This document shows, piece after piece, positions 1 through 14,784 of a DNA stretch of 64,000 nt. Position numbers and translations under genes: made by a program. Below the pieces are notes generated by a model that did no database searches, was not told where the DNA came from, and saw only the letters and a list, made by a program, of their open reading frames with translations. Every line of letters starts with the position of its first letter. Position 1 is the stretch's first letter. Source of the DNA: Monocercomonoides exilis PA203 (lineage: Eukaryota; Protista; Preaxostyla); the NCBI GenBank assembly GCA_001643675.2, contig LSRY02000004.1, forward strand, positions 62,001-126,000, given 5' to 3'.

Positions 1-321
1 AAAAAATAATTGGTTTTGCAATCAAATTTGATGTTAAACCCTTCTTCTGGCAGAACAAGAAATTTTCGTGATTTAATTTCCTCAAAAAATTTTGTTTGCG
101 CCATGTAATTTTTAGTGAATCTCACTATCAGCTGTTCATAAGTCCTTTGTCAAATAACAATTATTATCGATGAAAATCTAAAATTATTAAATAATTATTA
201 AAAACTTTATTGTATCTTTACTTCGCTGGATCACTGATGGAATGCCATCCCAAAGGGTTGTTGTAAAATCGATAGATGGATCATTTGCATATGGATGAGG
301 AAAAGAAGCCTGTTGAGCCAT
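1..321 (-). CDS. 5' end of a spliced gene running off the window; possible FCH/F-BAR-domain protein
   Basis: ATG at 321 gives MAQQASFPHPYANDPSIDFTTTLWDGIPSVIQRSKDTIK. After a short GT-AG intron it continues TYEQLIVRFTKNYMAQTNFLRKLNHENFLVLPEEG. 'F...LWDG..v.qR' resembles the FCH N-terminus. Manually spliced; not in the ORF track. Confidence 0.4.
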
Positions 322-946
322 GGTTAAAGTTTATAATCTTAATTAATATGGGTGAATTTTCAATAATTGAAAGCGAATGTCCAGTTCAAATAATATATTT
401 GTGAAATAAGAGAGAAAATTCACCATTTCAAGGCACTTATGTCAGAAACAAGAAATTTTTTTTATATCAAAACCAAAAAAAATTAATTAACAAAACGCAT
501 AAGACTTCTATAAATAAATAAACATTAAATTCATTTGCTTTTCAAAAAATTAAAACTTGAATAATAACAAAAATAGTTATCAATTGTCCACATCTTTCCT
601 CAGGAAGAAACTAATTGAATATTCTAGTAATAATCCATTGTTTCTTTTTATTTTGTCTTAACATTCACATGAAAAAAATTTTTTTTATTTTCAAAAATTT
701 CTTCCAGTATAAATAATATTATCTATCAAAGTTCGGTTCATTATTATATACAGTCAACACTGTCGTGATGTACTCAGCAGACGCCAAAATATTTTCAAAA
801 TAAAAGACAAATATAAAATTAATGATGCAAAATATTCAAAAATCCAAAAATCAAAAAATCCAAAAATAATATAAATTTTCAAACAAAATAAGGTCAATCA
901 CAATAAATTTTCTTCTTCTAAGCAATGCACAAATCATAATCTTCAT

Positions 947-1657
947 TTACTGAAATTTAAATATGCAGCATCTCCCAGACGTCAATAACAACTCGTTGAT
1001 AGCAGAATCGCTTTCTTGACAAACTTCTTTCCGAACTGCCTCTTCTGCACAGCCTGCTTCAATGGACAGCCAATACGCTCTTCTGTTAATTCTGTTTCTT
1101 TCTTGGAGTTCTTGTTTCAGTTGAGCAATCGGGTCATTTGTGTTCAAAGAAGAATTTCCATCTGATTTGAGTTCTGAAGAAGAAGATTCAATTGGAGCTA
1201 TGCTTTTTTCATGTTCATCCTCTTCTTCTTCGCGGGCAGCACCACTTTGAGACAAAATGCTTTCTTTTGCTTCTTTGCCTTCAGACTCATCTTCTGTTGC
1301 ATCTTCTCCATCACTTTCTTCTCCTTCTCCTTCTTCTCCTTCTTCTTCTCCTTCTTCTTCTTCGCTGTCATCCATCATTTTCATGAAAGAGGTGTCGAGT
1401 GCATCTGAATCTGCCTCCTCTTCGCGAGACATTCCAACCAGCTGATGCATCAGCTCATCAAACTGCGCAGGCTCCAGCGCCATTTCTGGCTCTGCACTGC
1501 CACAGCTATTCTGGTGGAACTCCAATGGATTGGATAACGCTGCAAAAAGAAGATCTTCTTTGAGGAACTCCAATTTACCCAGTAACATCGGAGAAGCAAC
1601 TGTTTGTTGAGTGCTTGAAGAAGAGGAAGGCTGAGGCTGCTCTTCAACTTTTGATGG

Positions 1658-1689
<32 letters not shown>

Positions 1690-4600
1690 ATGATTGAGTA
1701 GCACTTTCATCTGCTATCTGCTCATCCAAAGAATGATCTTCTGAAACATCAACCCAGCTGCTGCGTGCTTCCCTCTCTGCTGCTCCGTCTTGGCTTTCCT
1801 GTCTGATGTCATCGTCTGTTTGGGCTGCTGAGGAAGTGCAGTTCAGCTTGAGAAGCATACACTTCACTTCTTCTGAAGCATTTTTCTGTGTGAGATTTTT
1901 CATTTTCATTGCTACATCGCTCAGATTGTCTTCGCCACGGCATTCCATTTCAAATGGCACACCAAAAAGAGCAAAACGTGGATTGTACAGCACAGAATAC
2001 ATAAGATGAGAAGGAGACGGTGCTTTTTCAAGCAAAGATGTGCTTAAACCCTTTGAGACAGATATGCTTCTATTTAAAGTTGGAACAAGTTGAATGGCAA
2101 TTGTGAACGGAGATTTGCCATTTGGTGATTTTTCATTGCGAGACAAGGGAAGAGAGGAAAGAGGTGTTGTGTGTGGAACAACAGCCACAATGCTGTTGAT
2201 GCCAGACAATCCATTTGTCAGTGCTTTCTTCTGTGGCTCAGTCAATTTGGCTGCCAGTTCAATTATTTCCTCCTTTTCCAATCTTCTTATTGTTTTTGCT
2301 TTTTGCTCTTTTCTTTGTTCTTTCTGCAACAAATTGTGCCAAAGTCGCTCGGCTTCTTGAGTTGGATCAAGAAGTCTATTTTCGTTCTCTTCTTCACTTT
2401 TCGTTTTCTCTCTCTCTTTCTCTTCTTCTCTCTCCCTCTCGTCTATTTCGCCTGCTGCTTTCTCTCCTTCTTTTGACTTGTCATTCATTCTGCCTCGTTT
2501 CTCTTTCAAAGCAGCCTTATGAACAACTACAACACGAAACATCGACTCGTCAAAGATGTTGCTGAAGCTGTTCTCAGCCACCTGGCGATGATAGTTGGAG
2601 TCAAGCACTGACAACGTCACGTCCAATGCAAGCGCCTTCATCACACTTTCAACTGGAGACATCGAAGCAGATGATGATGATGATGATGATTCCGGCTTCG
2701 CTGGTTTAGATAGATCAGCAATAATCTTTTTGCGCTCTTCCAAATAGTTTTTAGGCCCATCATCTGAGCTCATTGACTTGTTCACCTGGTAATTCGTAAT
2801 CTCACTCACAATGTCACTTACACACAGCCACTGCTCCATCGCACTTTGTTTTTCTGTGCTTTTTCTGCTTATGCCAGCTTCGTTGTTCGCCTGCATCATG
2901 TCCAAAATCCATCCTTCTTTGCTCAATGCGCCTTGGCTGGCCATTCCCCTCATTCGATTGGCATACAAATCGAGCACAACTTTCACCAGCCACTCGATCC
3001 ACCAGCTCATCCGCGCGAATAAGCTGCTCAAAAATCGCTCGCTCATTTTCTTCGCTTTTGAGCCCAGCGTCGAATCAGCAAAAACTTCTGGAGAAACAAG
3101 AAATTGGAGGAGTGTCTGCACTGTCCCCTGCTTTGGAACACCAAAAGTGCCAAAAGATGAGAACGCTTTCATCTTCTTCACTTCGTCAGACTTGTCTGTA
3201 ACAGCTTCAAAGGTCTTTGTCTGGATCAGCGGGAGAGCAGATGGCACAAAGAAAGACAGGCTCGTGTCGCACAGCTTTCCTGCTCCCCAGTGGCGCAAAA
3301 CGAGAGGCGCCTGCTCCACCCGGGGCTTCATCAGGTTCTCTTCTCGGAAGAGTTCTCCGATTGGCGTTGAAGAAGGGATGTAGCATTCAGACGAGGCAGA
3401 TGCACTCCACACGAGATGACAGGGCAGCACAGGCTGAGTGGTTGTGTTGTTTGCTTCTGCTGCGATGTTGTCAATGACCTGATTCAGCGTGACTAAAGCA
3501 TCAAACCCTTCATTGATGATTCTCTCGGCCACAAGCTTTGAAGGCGAGTCTTCTGTTTCTTTAACTTTCTTCTGCATCTGATGAGACAGAATCTGATATG
3601 CCATCCAGCAGACAACACCAGTAGGAGTAGAGGCATGCAGAAGGATCGTCGGCAAAAGCACCTCGTTTGTCTCTTCGTCGACGACTGTGACGCGTCGCAT
3701 TGAAACAGACGATAAAGTGGCAAACGAAGTCAAAAGAGGAAGCGTTGTAGTGTTAGTTTGAGAAAGCTCATCAGAACTGGAAGAAGAAGAAGATGATGAT
3801 GATGATGAAGATGATGATATATCATGCTCAATGTGAAGTGGCTTTTCGAAAGAGATTGGAACAGAAATAGGCAAAGCGGATGAAGAGCGGCGCGGAAGCA
3901 GCTCCACAATCAGCTGCGGGATGACGATGTGTGTGTTTGTTGAGATGCGTGCTGAGTACTCTTCGAGAAGAGGCTCAATCAGTCTGTGTCTGAACAGAAT
4001 CCACGGCAGACGGCGGGGCTTGCGGGTGGGCGACTGAATAAGTGAAGCCTTGTATCGAGCGGGAGAAAGAGTCGATGAAAAGTCACTTGGCTTCACCAGA
4101 GACGAAGACGCCGAATACAAATCAATCGCTGACTGGCGCAGTCCAGTCCTCAGCTCCTCGAAGTTGCTGGTCTTCTCTTCGGCAACACCAAAAATAGAGA
4201 AGATGATCCTTTCCTTCTCGTTTTCATCGTCCCAATCGACATATTCGCTGCTCTCATCAGCTGCACCTGCCTCTCCTCCATCTGCTCTGAGCTTTGCCTC
4301 CTGCTGGCGCTTCATTGCAAATGCGATGTAGTCTCTCAGCTGGCTGAGTGTTTTGAACTCTTCCATCTCGTCCTGAAGAGTGTGTGCCACAAGTGTCGAT
4401 GCTGTGAGGGGAGTGATGAGCGCACTTGGTGAAAGAGAAGGCGGCACACAGTTGCACCACAAAGGCAGATGCCCTTTGAAGGACTGCAGAACCTTGCTGT
4501 ATTCTGTCTGCTCTTCAGAAGCATCTACTTTCTCAGGGAATGTCCCTGTCGATCCGACTGTTTTGATTAACTCTGAAACAATCTCCTGCGATTTTTCCTG

Positions 4601-7600
4601 AGAAATTCCTGTTTCTTTTGCAATTTGTTTCATCATCTGCTCAATCTCTTTGTCTTGCTCGTTCGTAGTTGAGTCCTCAGCCCCTTCTGTCTGGTCTCTC
4701 TTGTAAAAATCCTTCAGCATCGAGTCCCTCAGATATTGTGTGTCGCCCAGGTTGAATCCCAAAAGAGTGACAAATGCCAACGGGCTCTTCGCCTCCATGT
4801 CTAATTCTGTGCAGCCAGTCAAGCTGTTTCTGGAGATGGCCTTTCTGTTGACTGCAAAATGCTTGCTGTTCCCTCTGGCTTCCATCCACCCTGCCTCTCC
4901 GGCTGTCCTCCCTTCCAAGAAAAGAGGCGTAGCACTCGTCAGCGAATAGCACAGGTTGCACAGCAATGTGTCTTCAATCGATTCTCCTCCTATTTTGTCT
5001 CCTGGCATCCCGCTGGCTGCAACAACAGCGTCTGCCAATGGAGCCAGTGGACGCACTCCGAGCGTGTCTGCATAACAAATGCGAGTCTCAACATATTGTG
5101 GTACATTCACTGCATTGTCAGTTTGAATGCCATTTGCTTCTCCTTCGCTGCTGTCTTCTCTTTTGGTCATCAGATAATTTTTCTTTCTTTGGTCGTTGAT
5201 TGCATTTAATGCATTGAGGAGTAATTCGTGTGCTTTGGTGTTGAGTTCTTTTATTGTTGTGCTGCCTGTGTCAACCTGAACAGTCAAGAAGTTCCCCTTC
5301 AATTCATATGCACCAATCCTCAAATCAACCAGCCTGCCTTTTCTTTTCTTTTGTGCCTGTTCCGTCTTCTCTTTGGATTCTCTCTCAGACTGCTTGTCCA
5401 GTTCGTCCTGCACCCTCAGCTCATAATGTGCATTTGTGTCTGCAATGGCTGTGCAGAGGGAGTCAGGCAGCACCAACGGAGCTGGAGTCTCGCTGCTTTG
5501 TGAAGAAGACGCTGAAGCTGATTGGCTTGACTTTTGTTGAAGACTGCCCTGCCTGTGATAGAGAAGAGCATATGCAATTGGCTCGCCAGTGACTGGAATG
5601 CTCAGGGGGACCATTCTTTCTTGCATGCCTCCATTTTCAGCATCGCCATCAACATAAAAGAACGGAACCAGCTGCAAAGACATTTTGGGAACAGAAAGAG
5701 ATGGAAGCGTTGCAGCAGTAGTAGATGCAGGTGTTGAAGATGAAGAGGAGGAAGATGAAGATGAAGAATTTGAAATCTGCTTTCTTCGCTCTTCCAGATT
5801 TGCAAACCAATAGCGTTCGTTTGCAGTTATCTCCGAGCAGAACTCGAGTGGGTGCTGCCGAGTTGGGTCAGGCGAAGATCCGAAGAAGTGTTCGAGTGTT
5901 GCGCAGTCGCCGTCAGCGCCGATGTCTCTCACCTGTTTGTGTGTCTGCTCTGTCCATCTGCCTGTGACGCGGTTGCGGTGGCAGATGTGCTGCTTGGACT
6001 CTTCGTCTGCATGGTCAACAGCAAAAACAGAGGAAAGACTGAACTGAGACAGATTAGCAGAAGAAGCTGAAGAAGCAGAAGACGAAGCAGAGCACTTGTC
6101 AGGACAGTATTCTGCTGCTATCTTTGCACCTTCCCAAGCCAACACCTCTCTTTTCACGACATTTGCATGCTCTTCCTCCTCCTTCCTGTTGTCTGCCTCT
6201 TTTCTCTCAGCACATTTGAGATCGAGCACACGTGGAAAGGCGAATGCTCTTGTGTCAAAAGACGGAGTGATCGATGAAACGAGCTGCACCGCCTTCTGCT
6301 CAGGAACACGCGCAACAGCCATCTCTCTTCTGCGCATCTCGTCTGGCCCCAGCATCGCCCCTTCGCCTTTCTCTCCTCTGCTTCTGGCTGCCTCAGACTC
6401 CTTCATCGCCACCTGTTGGAACGACGATGGGTTCACGCGGAAGCGGTTGAGGAACACAAACAGGTTGGGCGCTGCTTCAACGAGGCGCGTCTCTTTGCGA
6501 GTGCAGCCGGTGGTGCAGTGACAAGGGCGGGACAGGCGTGGGATAAGCGGATAGTCTGGATATTGTTCAGAGCAGACCCACGCATTGGACGAGAGGAACG
6601 AAAAGGCTTTAATTCTGTGCTCTGAAGAAGCTCTTGACGAGGACGATGAGGAAGACGAGGATGAAGCAAACTGAGCGCTGTCGAGAGACGAGAGCTCTTC
6701 ATTTGATATGAAGAACGGCTTTGTGAACAGTTGCTCCAGCGCATAATCCATGTTGTTGAACGAGGTTGGAATGAACTTGTCATCTTTGCTGTTTGTTGCA
6801 TTCTCCTTCCCTTCTTTTTGCTGGCTGTTTCTGAGCTCTGTCAGCTCGTTCACAGCAGCAGCTGAGACAGGAATGGTGATGCTGTGTGTCTTCTCTACGG
6901 TGACAGTCCTTCTTCCACACTGAGTGCAAGTGAGTGTAGTCTCCATTGTCGACGTCACAGAATCACACACCGCTTTCATCAGAGCACACAATCTGCTCAC
7001 TTCTTCTTCTCCCATTTCTGCTCTTCTCTTCTTCTCTTCTTTTTCTCCCTCATCATCAGAGCTGTTGTTGTAGCTGATGAGCGACTTCTCCCTCTTCACA
7101 CACGCCTCCATTCCTCGGATGATCGCACTGAGAAAGAAGAACAGCTGCACATTTGGCGCACGAGGCGCTTGGAGCACCCGCTTTGGCACCAAACCAGGCG
7201 CCACAAGAGGCTTCAGCAGGATGCCGCTGTTCTCCACACCGAACGTGTAGATACCCAAAAAGCGCTGAAGGAGAAGGCAAAGGCGGAGGACAGAGGGAAG
7301 TGTGGGCGAGCTGAGATAAGGTGAGGACGAGAAAGGAGAGGAGGCTGAGGAAGATTCGAGGGAGTTCATTGAGAGTGCCTTTGCAGTGGCTGAGGAGATG
7401 ATGGCGGAGGAAAACAGACCCGAACGGCGCATAGCCATCTGGATCGTCGAGGCAGACAGGCCTTGCCCATCTACCCCGCCGCCAAAGAAAGACTTGCCGA
7501 GGCGAATGCTGTTGCCCATCCGGCTGCTCCGCATGATGTCGTCGTCTTCTTCTCCCCGCTTCAGCTTCATCGCTCCGCCAAGCAGCATCTTCGTTCCTTG

Positions 7601-8896
7601 CTCCGTGATGTATCTGTCGCTGCCACTTGCTTCGTTTCTGCTATTATCTGAACTGTGAACGTCTTTCTCCATTCCGCGTCGCTCATTCTCGCCTTTTTCT
7701 CTTTCCACTCCTTTTCCTTCCACCTTGCTTCCTTCGTTTGTCCAATCAACTTCCAAAAGCGCGCGTTTAACTTCTTCAATTTCTGCCAGCAATTCCATCA
7801 CGCCGTGCAGCGAAAATGCAGCAGAAGACACAAAAAATGAATTCTGGTCGTAGTTCCGCCTCTGCCCAGGCATTGAAGTCTTGACGCATGACGGAAGCAC
7901 CCCGTTTTCAGAGGCACTCGCTTCTTTCTGGCGTCTTCCGCGGCGGCGCCGTAATGATAATTCAGCATTCAGAAACTCCAGCCCCGAAACTGCAGAGGAA
8001 ATCTGAAATGAAGCTGTTGTTATCGGCTTAATCTCGCGTTTCTGATCAAACGAAGGCCCGTCTGGCATCTGCTCGTCGGAACCAAAAAATCCCCTTCGGC
8101 GCTTTCTTTGAGACTTTCTTTCCTGAGATGTTGATGATGCTCCTTCTGCTGTAGTTTTTTGTGGTGATGAGCTTGTCCCTTCTTGTGACTCAGAAGCAGA
8201 AGCTGACGCAGAAGCTGAATTAGAACCTGAATTTGCAACAGAAAATTTGTTTGAAGATGATTTTGAAGCATTGGAATTTTCCTTTCGTTTTTCAACAGGT
8301 TCAAATACACCAAATTTCTTATAAAATTGTTTTGGCACAGCAATACGATTGTCATCAAGAATTTTATTAAAAGAGTGTATGAGATTGCCATATTCTTGCC
8401 GCTCGTTGGCTCCTTTTATGTTTTCTATCTTTAAATATCTTTTTAAAACATTTATATTTTCTCTCTTGATTTTAAAAATTGCAAAGACAAGATGATCAAT
8501 ATCTTCGAGTGCCCCTTCAGTAATCCCTTCACTTTTTTCGGCTGCGTACTTCAAAACAGAACGAATATTTTGAACAGTTTTCAAGAAACGCGTCAAATTA
8601 TCATTTGAAGATAAATTTTTTTGAAGATTAGCCAAGTAACACCCAAAAGAGTATTTGTATAATTCTCCAAGGAATGTAAATAAATTTTCAGAATTCAAAT
8701 TTAAGCGATTATCCAGTTTTTCAAATAATGAGAATTCGGCCGAAGTTCCCAAAAAGTAAAAGTCTTTATCAGGATCCAATGAAGATTGCGACATCCATTC
8801 TTTTCCTGTGGCAATTGCAGCTGCAAGCTGTGCCCTTTCAACAAAATTTCCCGAGTCCATAGGTGTTGAAGGTTTTCCAATGAAAAAATTCTTCAT
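947..8896 (-). CDS. 2649-aa protein with a degenerate ubiquitin-specific protease (USP/UCH, C19) fold followed by possible ubiquitin-like segments; predicted pseudo-DUB
   Basis: Single uninterrupted ORF. USP landmarks occur in the correct order: GVENSGILL (Cys-box position), TTLTCTQCGRRTVTVEKTHSITIPV (finger CxxC), PNLFVFLNRF, FPRVLDL, FSLSSVF..., GRWTEQTHKQV and AYALLYHR. Confidence 0.7.
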
Positions 8897-9071
8897 TTAT
8901 TGTTATGGTTGCTTAGAAATCCTTCAAAAATGATACTGTCAAATTTTAATTATTCAATTTTACAGCGATATTTTATATTAAACATTATTGAAATATTAGC
9001 ATAAAAATGAATATTTTTTCTGAAAAATGAAATATTTTCTACAGTTTGATCATTGTTTAAAGTGATTTTCA

Positions 9072-12000
9072 ATGGATTTGCAAGCAATCCTTTTGCAAAT
9101 CGAAGATTCATTACAGCAAATACGTTCCTCACAAACAGATGAAGCAAATGAATTTGCTTTGGAAAGAGAATTATCTTCAAGATTAGAGCTTTTGGAAGAA
9201 CAAACAGTTTGTAAAACATAATTTTCAAACAAGAGCAGATTTTTCTTTCTTCAAAATTCCATATATGTATGACTTTCAAGGAACGCAAACGCTCCAGTAA
9301 ATTAGCTGCTGAACGTAGGTTGGAATCGGCTCGGCATAATTTTCAGCAAACTGAAAAAAGATTAGAGACAGCGAGAAGTCGTGAAGAAGAAAAGAAAGCA
9401 GCTCTTTCGAAGCGCATTAATGAAATAAGAACATCAATTACGAATGGATGGCATGTCAAAAGAAAAATGGAACAAGACAGAGAAAAAACAATTCTTCAAT
9501 TTGATAAACAATTAAAAATTCCAGGTGCCTTAAATTTTTAAAAAATTTTTTGTCATAATTAAATTGTATTATTATGTGTTTGCTTTGTCAGGAACTCAGA
9601 GGGTAATAAATGACATTCAAGCGCCTCCTGCTTGTAGTTATCAGCAAACGCAAAACAGTCTTCTTTCTACGTTATCATCAACTCAAAGATCATCTCTTTC
9701 TTCAACTATCAGAAGCGACAAAATCGAGTCGATTGGAATTCCTCCCATTGTATGTTGTTCTTTCATCACATTTGAATTATCTAATGGAAAATATAAATGA
9801 AAAATATCTTTAATGTTTGCATAATGTTAAGTTTGCATCGTATTTTTCGGAGCAGCACAACTATATATTAGCACTTTGTGAATCTTCGTCAATTTTAAAA
9901 CAGAAGACTATCAATCTGTTTCGAGAAATTCAGAGGATAACAGAACTTGCTTCATTCACACTTCTTCAGACAGAAAAAAGCAAAACCCATTCATCTGACT
10001 ATAAATCGTTAGCTGCGAAAACAAGAACGGAAAGGGGTGACTGCCGCAGTGTCTGTAAAGATGATGGAGATATTAGTGAAATGGATGGGTCGGATGAGAT
10101 TATCATTCCGCCTGTTGATTTGGATGCTGTTGATGAATCGTCGCGCTTGCCTCGTTTTCTGATTGGAGAACCAGAAAACTTACACTCCAGATTGGCTCAG
10201 CCTGCGACAGCAGCACAGCGCAATTCAATGACTGTTTATTCGCCTGAAAAGATGTCATTGTCTGATGGCTTAGAAGAAAGCAATGAAAACAGACTATCAG
10301 AATCAATAGCATCAACATCCACGTTATCAACTTCTACTTCCTCCTCTTCTTCTTCTTCTGTTCTTTCTCCTCTTCCGAGGCTGAACGAAGCAGCGCTGCG
10401 TATTCCCCTCAGCATTTCACTCTGCACACCCACTTCAATTGCGCCTCTGCTCCCTTTGCGGACAGAAGACGAGCTGCCTGAGCTCTACCGCTCTCCTTCT
10501 CTGATCTTCTTCAGCGACACCTTCGCTCCTTCCTCGTCTTCTTTCATGTTCAGCGCCTTCGCCTCGCTTCTCTCCCGCCTCCGCCACAGCGCCGCCTCTC
10601 TTTCGACGAGCATCGCAGCTGAAGTCAGCGCAGAGCAGCTTCGGCGGCGGATGAAGAGAGAGAAGATGCAACTGACTGAGACGCTGGCGAAGGTGCAGAC
10701 GAAGACAGAGCGTGTCAGCAGGCGAAGAGAAGAGCGAAGAGAGATCGCCACGACTATTCAGAGGATGATGGCTGCTCTGCTCTTTTCGGTGGTGTCACTT
10801 GGAGAAGAGAAAGAGATTGAATCTTCTTCTTCTTCTTCTGCACTCAGCACAGACAATGAAATGGTTGGCAGAAGAAGTCTGATTGAAAGTCAGCAGTCGA
10901 ATGAAAAGACAGCCAGCAGAGCAGCACACGACGAGAAAGAGAGCCAAAACGAGCCAGCCGAAAGAAGCCGAAAAGTCACATTTCATTTCTCATCAGAAGT
11001 GTCACAGCAGAAAACACAGGATTCTTCATTGACTGTTTCTTCGAGTGTTTCTGCGGGTGCATCTGCTGCTTCGACGCCGCAGACATCGCGTCTTCTGCAG
11101 ACGCTGAACAGAATGATTGCCTCGTCTGCCCTGACACCTTCCCTTCTTCGCGACAGACGCTCCCACACATCTTCACTCCCACCTGCCTCAGACAACGACG
11201 AGCAGCTCATTGATTCTCTTTTTGCCCTCCTTCCTTCCACAAAGCAGGTCAAATCTTCTCCCTCTTCGCTGCTGAATACACCTCGTTCTGTGTCTCCTTC
11301 CTCTTCTCCTCGCTCTGCCTCTTGTTCCTCAGAAAAGAGCTCTCCGCTTCTCTCTCCGTCTTCTCTGAGCCCTCCAACCTCTCCTGTGTCGATGGCACAA
11401 TCACTCCCAATTCCAAAGTCAATTCCTTTTCCTGTCTTCCCTTCGCCTTTCGATTCTTCTTTTTTCACAAGTCTTATTTCTTCATCATCACCTTCTTCTT
11501 CTTCTTCTTCTTCTTCTTCTGTTAGTGATTCCAAGACATTTCATGAGTCCCCATCATCTTCTGATGGCTTTGTAGCTCCGACTGTTTTGACTTCTTCTCC
11601 TTTTGCTTCGCCGCATGCCACTCACTTCATCCACAACCCTTCTTCACCTCAGCCTCTCCTCACCTCATCTCCCACACACCCCACACACACAGCTACCCAG
11701 CTCTCTCCACAGAATTCATCATCATCATCATCATCTTCTTCTTCTTCTTCTTCTCCATCATCTTCTCGCCTTCGCCATCTGATAGCGCAGTTCCAGTCAC
11801 TTTCTCTATCGCGCACACGAATACTTTGTTTGTCTTCTGTCCTCAATGAGCAGATCACCACACTCGCTGCAGAAAGAGCGCAGTGGGAAGAGCAGGTGAA
11901 AAACGAGACAGGACGCGATTGGGACGAAGAGGCATTCAAATTGATGAAAGAGAAGAAGAAGGCAAAGGAAGCAGAAAAAGAACAGAGCAACACTCAAGCC

Positions 12001-12414
12001 ACACCCACCACTCCATCAACATCACCCCAGTTTGTTCTTGCACACATCGCACAGACATGTCCTTTTCCTGCCACAAACCAGTCGCAGCTGTCTGTTCCTC
12101 GCCCCCAGTTCAAATTCCAGACACCTCCTTCAATCCATTCTCAGTTGGCTTCTCCATCATTGTCTACAACTACACCTCTTCTGCATATTCTGTCTTCTTC
12201 TCTCACATCAACACAAACACCAAAGCAGATTCACCCTCCACTCAACCAACAGGCAGATGAGCCTCAAATGCCCACAACTCCTCGACAAGAACAAGCATCA
12301 TTTGCGAATGTGCCTGTTGTAAGCCAACCAGAAGGTGGTGATTCTACATTAACACCAACTGTTCCAGATCGCGTAATTTCATCTCCACCCCATTCACACT
12401 TCTTATCTCAATAA
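9072..12414 (+). CDS. Hypothetical coiled-coil, Ser/Pro-rich protein (multi-exon)
   Basis: Exon MDLQAILLQIEDSLQQ...LEEQT from ATG 9072, then exons in ORFs 9269-9541 and 9564-9800 and the long terminal ORF 9817-12414, separated by AT-rich introns. No family motif recognised; internal splice sites approximate. Confidence 0.6.
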
Positions 12415-12695
12415 CCACTTCTTGATGAAGCTCTTAACAGAATCAGATCACTTCACTTTTATATTTTTTTTTTAATAAATTTTAATGATATCCAAAAAGT
12501 TTAAAGGAAGGAAAAAAATTTTTTTTATTATCACACATGAATCAAATCACTTTTTTTTCTAAAAGTTCATGTTTAACAAATTTTCATTATTCCTGAAAAG
12601 AAATAAAAATAAGTTTTTCATAATGTTGATTAAATGAATCAGAACTTTTTTTAGGATGAAAAAAATATGTTACAGTTGGTTGATCAATTTAAAAC

Positions 12696-14753
12696 ATGCC
12701 AATCTGTTCACAATGTGGATGTCGTGATATAGAAATTGATCCCCAACGAGGGATTTCTATTTGCATTCAATGTGGACACGTTTGGATATTTTTAAAATTT
12801 TATTTATTTTTTAATTATGAATTTTTATAAAACAACAATGTTTATTAGATTGTTGCGGACAATTCAATGGTATCGGAAATTGGATTTCAAGAAAATGCTG
12901 CAGGAGGAACGTCCGTCGTAGGACAATTTGTGTCATCATCCGGCTCGTTTCATTCATATGGAATGGGTTCAACAAAGGAGTCTCGTGAAATAACAATACA
13001 AAAAGCACGAAGACGAATATCACGAATTGCAGCGCAAATGCAATTAAATAGCAGACAAATAGAAAGTGCAACCCGCTTGTATATCCTTGCTATTGAAAAG
13101 AATTTTGTTCAAGGAAGAAAATCCGATATTGTGTACGCAACTTGCCTGTATGTTGTGTGCAGACGTGACCAAACACATCATCTGCTTATTGATTTTTCCG
13201 ACACTCTTCAAGTTAACGTCTTCACGCTTGGTGCTTGTTTTCTGAAGTTTTGTAGATGCCTAAATCTTCATCTTGCTGTAATTGATCCTTCTCTTTACAT
13301 CCACCGCTTTGCTGCAGGACTCGAATTCGGAGACAAAACGCATGAAGTTGCCATGACAGCATTACGAATTGTCTCTCGAATGAAGCGTGATTGGATCCAT
13401 ACAGGTCGCTCTCCGGCAGGTGTGTGTGGTGGAGCGTTGCTGATTGCAGCGAGAATCCACAATTTTCGACGGACGCAACAAGAGATTGTGAATGTCGTGA
13501 AGGTCTGTCAGCACACGTTGCGTATGAGACTGAAGGAATTTGCTGAAACACCTGCGGCACAGCTTTCTGTTGAAGACTTTGAGAAAAGAGAAGATAAAAA
13601 AGCAAACGAAGAGAATGCACAGCAAGAGATTGACTACAAAGAGGAAGAGAAAGCGAGGCTGCTGTATGTCATGGAAGACAAAAAGATGCGCGCAGTCAAA
13701 AGGGAGCCAGGTCCATTCAGTGCTGAAGGAGAAATAATCATTGGCGATGATCTGATGGATTCAGGAATGATGAATGAGGAAGGAGGAGAAATGAAGGCTG
13801 AAGAAGGTGTTTATGACAGAAACGAAAGAGAGGCCAACGAAAGAAAAGAAGGAAATGACAACGAAAATGAACCTGGCAAAGAAGCAAATGCAGCCAAAGA
13901 AACAGAAAGTGGAGAGGTAGAAAAGAATGAGGAGAGCGAAGAATTCGATGAAGAATGCGATCCACCTGCATTCCGAAGAGCAAAGTTGAGAGAAGCACTG
14001 GAAAAAGTGAAAGAAGAGGAAAGGAAGCTGAAAGAAATTGAAGATTCATACAAAATGGTTGAGGTGGATGACGGGGTCATTGATGTGGATGAGGGAGACG
14101 GAAATGACGAGGCCAAAGGAATAGAGGCGTTGGACAAGCAGCTTGATGGAGAATACAGGAAGAAGAAAAGAAGGAGAGGAAATGCAGCAGCCAATGCGAA
14201 AGAGAGGAGTGGAAGGGGAGGCAGAAGAAGAGGGAGAGGAGGCAGAACAGCAAGTGCAGTGCGAAAGAGGAGAACAGTTGAAAAAGACGACGAGAGCGAA
14301 GAGGAAGAGGAAGGAGAGACAACTGAAACTGATCCATCTTTTGCGGATATCAACAAGAAGAAAAAGCAAAATAGACAGAACGGCAGAAGAGGAAGAAAGA
14401 GAAGAAATGGCAGAGACGAAGAAGATGAAGAAGAAGAAGAAGAAGAAGAAAGAGAAGAAGAGCTTCAGGTTGAGAAAAGAATGAAAGTTGTGCCTGCAAA
14501 GGCCATTGGCGAAGGAAATGATAAATCTGATGGGAAAAAAGGGAAAAGAACAAAAAGGAATCAACAGAAAGAAGAGAAAGGACAGCAAAAAGAGACAGAA
14601 AATGAAGATAATTCTGAGAAGTCAACAAATGACAGCAAAAATAAATCCAAAAAAGTTGAAGTCAAAGAAGAAGAAAGATCCGTCATAAAAAATGAAGATG
14701 AAGCTGAAGACAACAAAAGAAAAGAAGAAGAAAACAAAGAAGATAATGACGAT

Positions 14754-14784
<31 letters not shown>

